Of a stretch of 32,000 nucleotides of DNA, positions 25,353 through 32,000 are shown in pieces. Under the pieces are notes generated by a model that did not search any database, was not told the DNA's origin, and saw only the letters and a list, made by a program, of their open reading frames with translations. Each line of letters starts with the position of its first letter. Position 1 is the stretch's first letter. Origin of the DNA: Candidatus Arthromitus sp. SFB-rat-Yit (lineage in GTDB: Bacteria; Bacillota; Clostridia; Clostridiales; Clostridiaceae); assembly GCF_000283555.1 (NCBI RefSeq), contig NC_016012.1, positions 450,001 through 482,000 on the forward strand, written 5' to 3'. Both the position numbers and the translations under genes were made by a program.

Positions 25353-28346
25353 TTGAATAGTAGGGTGAGGAGAAGTTTCTTTATATTTTTAATGGTAATT
25401 TTTTATTGTTTTAATAGTGTTTCAATGGTATCTGCGTTACCAATAAAAAATATAAGCGGATATGAACTCTTAAGAGAAGAGTATATTGATATATTGAAAT
25501 CAAGAGTTTTATTATATGAACATAAGAAAAGTGGAGCTAAGGTTATTCACATAAAGAATAATTCGAAGGTAAAACTTTTTGATATAACATTTAAAGTTCC
25601 TACGATTAATAATAAAGGGACTAATCATATTTTGGAGCATATATTTTTTTCGGGGTCTGAGAAATATCCGATTAAAGATGTGTTTCCTGCATTATTTTAT
25701 TTAAATAATTTGGAATATATAAATGCAGCGACGGACACAAACTATGTTACATATTATGTATCTTCAAGAGATAATAATCAATTAAAGACTATTATTGATT
25801 ATTATTTAAGTGCTTTATTTTATCCAATAGTGTATAAAGAAGAAAATATTTTTAAACAAGAGGGATGGAGATTTGAACTGGAAGAAATGAATTCTCCATT
25901 AAAATTAACTGGAGTTGTTTTAAATGAAATGAAAGGGTATGTTTTTAACAATGAATTTTATAAATCAATTGCAGCTGTAGATAGTTTGTATAAAGGTGCC
26001 CCAGGTTCATTTAATGGGGGTGGAGATCCTTATACTATACCAGAATTGACTTTAGAAGAACTTCTAGAATCTCACAAAAAATACTATGTTCCATCAAATT
26101 GTTTGGTTATATTATACGGTGATATAAATACAAATGAGGTCCTTAAATTTATGGATAAGGAGCATTTTAGTTTACACGATAGGAAAGAGAAGATTCAAGA
26201 ATATAATATTAATGAAAATATTAATGAAAAGGTTTATATGAATTTGAAGTATCCCGTGCCAGAGAAAGAAAATAGATACAATAAACATATTTTTGTTAAC
26301 TCTTTTGCTACAGGAAATATTAACGATGTTAAAGAAAGTTTTGCAATTAAGTTTTTAGTTTCTATGATGGGTGCAGAATTTTCAGGAATAGAAAAACGAT
26401 TTAATGAAATGAATATTGGAACGGATTTTTCAATTGATTTTAGAAATGTTGGATCGAAACAATCTTATGTAATGTTCTCTGCTAATTCGGAGAAAGAACT
26501 TGGTGCAGAATTTGAAAAATTCATTTATAAAGAGCTTGAGCATTTTAGGGATAATATTTTAAATGAAGAGTATATTGAAAATTATTATAATATAACGAAA
26601 AATATTATAAATAAGAAAATAACAGATACACCAGATAGTCTTGTTATGTGGAATATAATAAATGCTTGGTCATCTGGTGGAGATATTATAGATAGCGTAA
26701 GATTTAATGAAAATTTGGAGTATTTAAAAGAGTATGGAGTAGAAGATTTTATCAATATACTTGATATGCATTTTATTAATAACAGACATTCATCGCTTGT
26801 AATACTAGAGCCTGATTTCGGTATAATTGAGGAAAAAGAAAGAATTTTAAGAGAAGGTCTTAACAATTATAAAGAGTCTATGAGTGAAAATGAAAAAGTT
26901 AATTTAATTAACGAAACGAATGAATTTAATTCATGGATTGAACAAGAAGATTCTATGGTTGTGCTTGAAAAATTATCTAACCCATTTAAAAATGAACATG
27001 ATAAACTTGGTGACGCTAAAATTCAGAGTAAAAATGGAATTTATGAATATGTATGGGGAAAAATTTCTGAAAATGATTTTATAAATGTATCTCTCAATTT
27101 TGATTCACGAACAGTTCCTAAAAGTAAAGTTCATTACTTAGCTTTATTTTCTGATTTAATGAAAGAAGGATTTGGAAGCTTTGATAAGACAAATATAGAG
27201 CTTATGAGCGATATTAAGCAGACCTTATTTAACCTTAATATAACGTTAGAGGAAAATTTAAATTGTTTTGATGGGAATATTTATAATCCAACCTTTAAGA
27301 TATCATTTGATACGAACAAAAATAATTTGGATAAGTCCATAAAATTATTAAATGAGCTTATAAATAATATAAATTTTAAAAATGTTGATCTGTTACAAAA
27401 TAATTTTAATAAGTTGAAGTACTATTATGAATCGAATTTAATTAATCCTAGCATAGTTTATTATGAAATCGATGGTTCAAATTATGATGGTGGTAAGTAT
27501 AAAAATTATACGAAAGGATTACCTTATGTAAAATTTTTAATTAATATATTTGGGAAATATGGAGAAGATCATAATTATATACATACTATAAACAAGGAAA
27601 TACAAAATGTTAGCAATATAGTATTTAATATAAATAATTTAAAAATTGGTGTGGTTGCAAATAACGATAATTATAAACTCGTTAAAAAGAATTTAGAGGC
27701 AAATTTACTTTGTAATTTAAATAATAGTGTAAATAGAAAATATAAATACAAATTTGATGCAGTTAGAGAAAGAATATCAATAAAAGCTCCATCCACAAAT
27801 GTAACATTGTATGCACTTTTAAATTTTAAAGCTAGCGGTAGAAATTACACACCTAAGTTTTTGGTCGCAGAATCAATTTTAGGGGAATATCTCTATAGAA
27901 ATATAAGAGTTAAGAATGGTGCATATCAAGTTAATTCATTAGCTACAACTCAAGGAACATTTGCAGTTGTTGCAGGATTTTCTCCAGTTTTGAAAGAACA
28001 AATAAGAGTTATAAATAATATAGGCAATTATTTAAGTGAGATAGATATAAGTGAATCTTTGCTTGAAAAATATAAAACTATAACAATTTCATCTCTTGCA
28101 ACCAGCTGTGATGAAATTGATAGGGCAAAGACTGAAGTACATAATTATTTAACAGGAATGAAAAAGAAAGATTTTAAAAATATGATAGATGAAATTAAAT
28201 CAACAACAATTCAGGATATTAAGAGTATTGGGAAAACTATCTCAGATATCGGATTTAATAAGATAGGTGTATTTGGGAATGTAAATATAATAGAAGATAG
28301 TAGCAAAAATTTTAGCAATATATTTACTTTACCAATTAAAGAATAA
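25353..28346 (+). CDS. secreted M16C (PreP/insulinase-like) metallopeptidase
   Basis: Signal peptide; GTNHILEHIFFSGSEKYP inverted zinc motif HxxEH and distal EGWRFELEEM; 997 aa; SD AAGGAGG then TTG. Confidence 0.92.
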   Translation: MNSRVRRSFFIFLMVIFYCFNSVSMVSALPIKNISGYELLREEYIDILKSRVLLYEHKKSGAKVIHIKNNSKVKLFDITFKVPTINNKGTNHILEHIFFSGSEKYPIKDVFPALFYLNNLEYINAATDTNYVTYYVSSRDNNQLKTIIDYYLSALFYPIVYKEENIFKQEGWRFELEEMNSPLKLTGVVLNEMKGYVFNNEFYKSIAAVDSLYKGAPGSFNGGGDPYTIPELTLEELLESHKKYYVPSNCLVILYGDINTNEVLKFMDKEHFSLHDRKEKIQEYNINENINEKVYMNLKYPVPEKENRYNKHIFVNSFATGNINDVKESFAIKFLVSMMGAEFSGIEKRFNEMNIGTDFSIDFRNVGSKQSYVMFSANSEKELGAEFEKFIYKELEHFRDNILNEEYIENYYNITKNIINKKITDTPDSLVMWNIINAWSSGGDIIDSVRFNENLEYLKEYGVEDFINILDMHFINNRHSSLVILEPDFGIIEEKERILREGLNNYKESMSENEKVNLINETNEFNSWIEQEDSMVVLEKLSNPFKNEHDKLGDAKIQSKNGIYEYVWGKISENDFINVSLNFDSRTVPKSKVHYLALFSDLMKEGFGSFDKTNIELMSDIKQTLFNLNITLEENLNCFDGNIYNPTFKISFDTNKNNLDKSIKLLNELINNINFKNVDLLQNNFNKLKYYYESNLINPSIVYYEIDGSNYDGGKYKNYTKGLPYVKFLINIFGKYGEDHNYIHTINKEIQNVSNIVFNINNLKIGVVANNDNYKLVKKNLEANLLCNLNNSVNRKYKYKFDAVRERISIKAPSTNVTLYALLNFKASGRNYTPKFLVAESILGEYLYRNIRVKNGAYQVNSLATTQGTFAVVAGFSPVLKEQIRVINNIGNYLSEIDISESLLEKYKTITISSLATSCDEIDRAKTEVHNYLTGMKKKDFKNMIDEIKSTTIQDIKSIGKTISDIGFNKIGVFGNVNIIEDSSKNFSNIFTLPIKE

Positions 28347-28350
28347 TTTT

Positions 28351-28386
28351 AAGGCATATCAAGTTAATTTGATATGCCTTTTTATT
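28351..28386 (+). terminator. intrinsic terminator
   Basis: AAGGCATATCAA / TTGATATGCCTT perfect 12-bp stem, then T-run. Confidence 0.85.
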
Positions 28387-28460
28387 TGTATTTAACAAGT
28401 AACAATTAATATTAAATTTTCATATAGTAATCATGTACTTAAATTGTAGAGAGGCTATTC

Positions 28461-29465
28461 ATGGATCAATATGTAAGAGATTTGAAGAGAGTAGTAGAGG
28501 TAAATTATGACATAACAATATTTGATATAATTAAATTTAAAAATGTTTATAAAATATCGGCTGTTGAAGGGAATTTTTGTTTAAAACAATGTAAATGTAA
28601 ATTTGATAAATTTAAATATATATTGGATGTTCTTGATTATTTGAAAAAACAGGAATTTGATAATATTTTAAGTATAGTTGAAACATATTCAGAGGAACAA
28701 TACATTGAGTTTAATGATGTTTATTTTTACATGACCGAATGGATCGAAAGTCGGGAATTAAATTATAGTAACTATTATGATATTATACGTGCATCACAAA
28801 ATATTGGTAATTTTCATAATTATACACAAGGATATAAACCATCGAAAAATATTTTACCAGATTATAGGTGGATGAAGTGGGGAGACATATTCAATTTAAA
28901 GCTTATGGATATTATTTCATTTAAAGAATCTTTGAAATATAGAAGTGATTTGGATATATTTGATAGGATTTATTTAGAAAATGCAGATAAGAATATTGAT
29001 TTAGCAAAGGAAAGCATTGAACTATTATATAAATTTGAGTATGAAAAAATTGTAAAAGAACATTTTGAGATAGGTTATATTTGTCACCATGATTTGGCAA
29101 ATCATAATGTTTTAATTGATTCAAAAGGGAAAATTTATTTTATAGATTTTGATTATGTTATTTTAGATACCTATCTTCATGATTTAGGAAGTTTTATTAA
29201 TCGATGCTTAAAGCTTGGGAGTTGGAATGAATATAAACTAAATTTGATAATTAATTCTTATAGGGATATTAAACGTTTACCTAAACGTGAAATTTTACTT
29301 ACACTTTCTTTTATATTATTTCCAAATGACTTTTGGCAAATAGGAATTCAACGTTATAGAGAAAATATTAGATGGAGTGATGAAAGGTTTTTAAAGCGTT
29401 TGAATAGATCCGAAAATGATAAGCAAGACAAGACGAATTTTATAAAAAGTATAATTTTTAAATAG
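28461..29465 (+). CDS. CotS-family spore coat protein (APH-like kinase fold, catalytic motifs intact)
   Basis: YKISAVEGNFCLKQCK, ICHHDLANHNVLIDSKGKIYFIDFDYVILDTYLHDLGSFINR. Confidence 0.88.
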   Translation: MDQYVRDLKRVVEVNYDITIFDIIKFKNVYKISAVEGNFCLKQCKCKFDKFKYILDVLDYLKKQEFDNILSIVETYSEEQYIEFNDVYFYMTEWIESRELNYSNYYDIIRASQNIGNFHNYTQGYKPSKNILPDYRWMKWGDIFNLKLMDIISFKESLKYRSDLDIFDRIYLENADKNIDLAKESIELLYKFEYEKIVKEHFEIGYICHHDLANHNVLIDSKGKIYFIDFDYVILDTYLHDLGSFINRCLKLGSWNEYKLNLIINSYRDIKRLPKREILLTLSFILFPNDFWQIGIQRYRENIRWSDERFLKRLNRSENDKQDKTNFIKSIIFK

Positions 29466-29481
29466 TTGTGTAGGAGTTCTT

Positions 29482-30210
29482 ATGAGTTTAAAAAGTTTTG
29501 CTATCTCAAAAAAGGTATATGAATTTAAAGAACTTGGGAAAAACAGGATTAGGAGTTATACAAATGGTGCCATTTTTGAGCATATTAACATACTTTCTGA
29601 TTTACATGGGCGTTTGAAAGGTTGTCCAATACCGTTGAATAATTTGGTTAATAAAATGGTAGATAATTTTAAATTTGCTGAAATTATGTTAAATCAAGAC
29701 ATAAACAGGTATAAGATTAATCCTAAAAATGAATTTGAAGAAAATGTATCACAACTTGGTGAAGGTGTACTTTTTAGGATAAGAAGGATACTTAGTATAA
29801 TACATGAAAATAATTATGAAAACCTCATTTTAAGGAGTATGAAAAATAAAGAAGTGTGTGTTTATAATGTTGGACTTAGCGATCTTTATGTTGATTCAGA
29901 TTCCAAAATATATGTTAGAAATATAAATGATTTTTGTGAAAATATTGTAGAGTATGATTATGTTAAATTTTTTACTAGACTTAAAAGATTGAACAAGGAT
30001 GTTGAATTTATTAAAATGTGTTCTTATGTTTGTAGTAAAGAAGATTTAGGAATTGACAGCTATAATTTTATATTGGCTTGTACAAGTTTTCCTTATGAGT
30101 TTGTGAGAGTTATATCAAGATATAGGGATTTGGGGCGAGAATTATCTAATTACTCTAAAGAATGCAATTTTGATAATGTTTTAAGTAAAGATGGAGATAG
30201 TCTTATATGA
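29482..30210 (+). CDS. CotS-like protein, truncated N-lobe, catalytic residues lost
   Basis: VYNVGLSDLYVDSDSKIYVRNINDFCENIVEYDYVKFF aligns with HHDLANHNVLIDSKGKIYFIDFDYVILDTYLHDLGSF of the upstream gene; same operon. Confidence 0.65.
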   Translation: MSLKSFAISKKVYEFKELGKNRIRSYTNGAIFEHINILSDLHGRLKGCPIPLNNLVNKMVDNFKFAEIMLNQDINRYKINPKNEFEENVSQLGEGVLFRIRRILSIIHENNYENLILRSMKNKEVCVYNVGLSDLYVDSDSKIYVRNINDFCENIVEYDYVKFFTRLKRLNKDVEFIKMCSYVCSKEDLGIDSYNFILACTSFPYEFVRVISRYRDLGRELSNYSKECNFDNVLSKDGDSLI

Positions 30211-31253
30211 TTAATCCTAATTTTTGTATTTTAAATTTGAATGAATATAATTTATCTTATGATTTTTTGAAAATTGTTGTTGGGATAGATGTAAGTGAAT
30301 GTTATCCATACAAAAATGGATTTTTTATGGTTGATCAGAATGGAAATAAATATTTACTCTTTAAAATTTTTAAGGAAGATGTGGGAAAATACATTCAAAT
30401 ATTTGAGGTTTTGAAAAATATAAATTCTTCAAACAAATTGATTCAAGATATGTATTGTTTTAATGGGAAAAAATATTTTACAGATAACATTACAAATGAA
30501 GATTATATTGTTTTTAATTATCCAAATGGAGAACATAATAAATGGAATGATTTTGATTTTAATTTAATCAAAGAAATTTTAATTGATTTTTATAATGCAT
30601 CTAGGGACATTTTGAAAGATTATTATAATTTCAATTTAAAAGAAGATGTAAAATTATTGACCATAGGTGATGAGATAAAATATATAGATAATCATCTTTT
30701 AAATATACAAAATATAGAGATGTTTATTTTGTACAAGCACAGAAAAAATAAGATTGATAATTTGTTTTTAGAAAATAAGATTTATATGGAAGATGAGCTT
30801 ATAAAAATTAGGGAGTTTTTTACTAGTTATAAATTTAAGAATTATGTAAGTGATTATAAAAATATAAGATTTATAAATGGAAATCTATCAAATAAATCTT
30901 TTGTATTTAATGACGGAAAGTGTTATATGGCAAACTTCTATAATGCTTCTATTGATTTGTTTGTTAAAGATATAGCTGTGTTATCTGAAAAGGTAATTTT
31001 TAATTTTAATATAGATAGATTCAAAACATTTCTTATAGATTTCTTAAATAATTTTGAAGGAGATATTAAAGAACATTTAGAGGTATTATTTAATTATATA
31101 AAACTCAATAACCGTATGTTTAAGTGGTTTGATAACCAATATAAAGATGATTATCATAATAGTAATAATTCTGATTTGGATAATAAAATGCAAGAAATAA
31201 GTGATTACAAACAAAAAAGAAATTATTTTATAAATAAAGTATCCTTCACTTAG
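30207..31253 (+). CDS. CotS-like protein, catalytic residues lost
   Basis: IRFINGNLSNKSFVFNDGKCYMANFYNASIDLFVKDIAVLSEKV in place of HGDLSxxNxL...DFD; start overlaps the previous stop by 4 nt. Confidence 0.65.
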   Translation: MINPNFCILNLNEYNLSYDFLKIVVGIDVSECYPYKNGFFMVDQNGNKYLLFKIFKEDVGKYIQIFEVLKNINSSNKLIQDMYCFNGKKYFTDNITNEDYIVFNYPNGEHNKWNDFDFNLIKEILIDFYNASRDILKDYYNFNLKEDVKLLTIGDEIKYIDNHLLNIQNIEMFILYKHRKNKIDNLFLENKIYMEDELIKIREFFTSYKFKNYVSDYKNIRFINGNLSNKSFVFNDGKCYMANFYNASIDLFVKDIAVLSEKVIFNFNIDRFKTFLIDFLNNFEGDIKEHLEVLFNYIKLNNRMFKWFDNQYKDDYHNSNNSDLDNKMQEISDYKQKRNYFINKVSFT

Positions 31254-31277
31254 AGTGAAGGATACTTTATAGTTTTT
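31234..31277. terminator. 17-bp perfect palindromic terminator shared by convergent genes
   Basis: ATAAAGTATCCTTCACT (31234-31250) TAG AGTGAAGGATACTTTAT (31254-31270), then AGTTTTTTAT. Confidence 0.9.
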
Positions 31278-31737
31278 TATCGTTTATAATATGTTCCAAA
31301 ATAGAATCACATCCAGCCTTAATAAGCTCGAAGGTTAAATTAAAATCTCCAGTATAATAAGGGTCAGGAACAAAATTATGAGATGAATTTTTGATAAAAT
31401 CTGTTAACTTATGTATTTTTATGTTAGGATTTATATTTGTTACATCACGCATATTTGAATCATCCATAACAATTATATAATCGTTTGTACTTAAATCTTT
31501 TTCTGTAAGTTTTTTAGATATGATATTTGAAAAATCTATATTTAATTTATTAAGGATTGTTTGAGTTCCATGATGAGGGGGATTACCTACGTTATAACTA
31601 GATGTAGCTCTAGATGATACGTTGATTTTATCACTAAGATTATTTTGTTTAATGATATGTCTCATATAAGCTTCACTCATTGGAGATCTACAAATATTAC
31701 CTAAACATATAAATAAAACATTGACCAAATTAATCAC
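31267..31737 (-). CDS. low-molecular-weight protein-tyrosine phosphatase family
   Basis: VLFICLGNICRSPMSEA (CX5R) and general-acid loop VPDPYYTG. Confidence 0.93.
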   Translation of the reverse strand: MINLVNVLFICLGNICRSPMSEAYMRHIIKQNNLSDKINVSSRATSSYNVGNPPHHGTQTILNKLNIDFSNIISKKLTEKDLSTNDYIIVMDDSNMRDVTNINPNIKIHKLTDFIKNSSHNFVPDPYYTGDFNLTFELIKAGCDSILEHIINDKKL

Positions 31738-31876
31738 CTCAAATATAATTTTCTTATGATTATAACATAATTACAAATGAGTATTGGGTTTTTATTATTA
31801 TGTTTGTATAAAATTAAGTATAGACTCAAATACTAATTATTAATATTATAATCAGTAATAGAGGTGATGGTAGAAA

Positions 31877-32000
31877 GTGTACATATATTCACATTTAAAT
31901 ATAACGGATGTTTTAGAAATAATTAGAAAAGTAAATCCCGTAAAGATATTAGACGTTAATGTTGGTTTTGGACGTTGGGGAATTTTATGCCGAGAATTAT
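31877..32000 (+). CDS. class I SAM-dependent methyltransferase, partial (runs off window)
   Basis: GTG start after GAGGTG: MYIYSHLNITDVLEIIRKVNPVKILDVNVGFGRWGILCREL..., motif I-like ILDVNVGFGRWG. Confidence 0.55.
   Translation, partial: MYIYSHLNITDVLEIIRKVNPVKILDVNVGFGRWGILCREL

Noticed and set aside
26585-26866. Minus-strand ORF in the M16C gene
   Set aside because: Antisense shadow ORF
28921-29124. Minus-strand ORF in the first CotS gene
   Set aside because: Antisense shadow ORF

Overview
AT-rich (roughly 28% GC by eye) chromosomal segment of a spore-forming, Clostridia-like Firmicute. Tiny intergenic gaps, SFB/Candidatus Arthromitus-like gene content and many small secreted proteins suggest that lineage, but this is inference only. 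Backbone genes: M23 peptidase, ytxC, infC-rpmI-rplT behind a structured attenuator-like leader, ktrB/ktrA-type K+ uptake, SpoU/TrmH methylase, pheS-pheT, a D-lactate-type dehydrogenase, asd-dapA-dapB, an alpha/beta-type SASP, tRNA-Phe, dxs-dxr, a secreted M16C peptidase, a CotS-family cluster, a low-MW Tyr phosphatase and the start of a methyltransferase. I see no CRISPR, transposon or prophage. The most interesting material: (1) a 14.4-18.4 kb block of secreted and membrane orphans (DUF4214 protein, degenerate M28-like lipoprotein, CPBP protein lacking its catalytic motifs, orphan phiLC3-like holin, a 'YWWG' secreted peptide behind a 28-bp near-palindrome); (2) a tandem CotS-like trio in which two members have lost the kinase catalytic residues; (3) two genes (infC and the SASP) whose best Shine-Dalgarno spacing points to non-canonical ATA initiation; (4) a tandem ric/ScdA pair in which one copy has lost the N-terminal CCGG domain; (5) a terminator-like hairpin upstream of ric, oriented to stop transcription entering ric.
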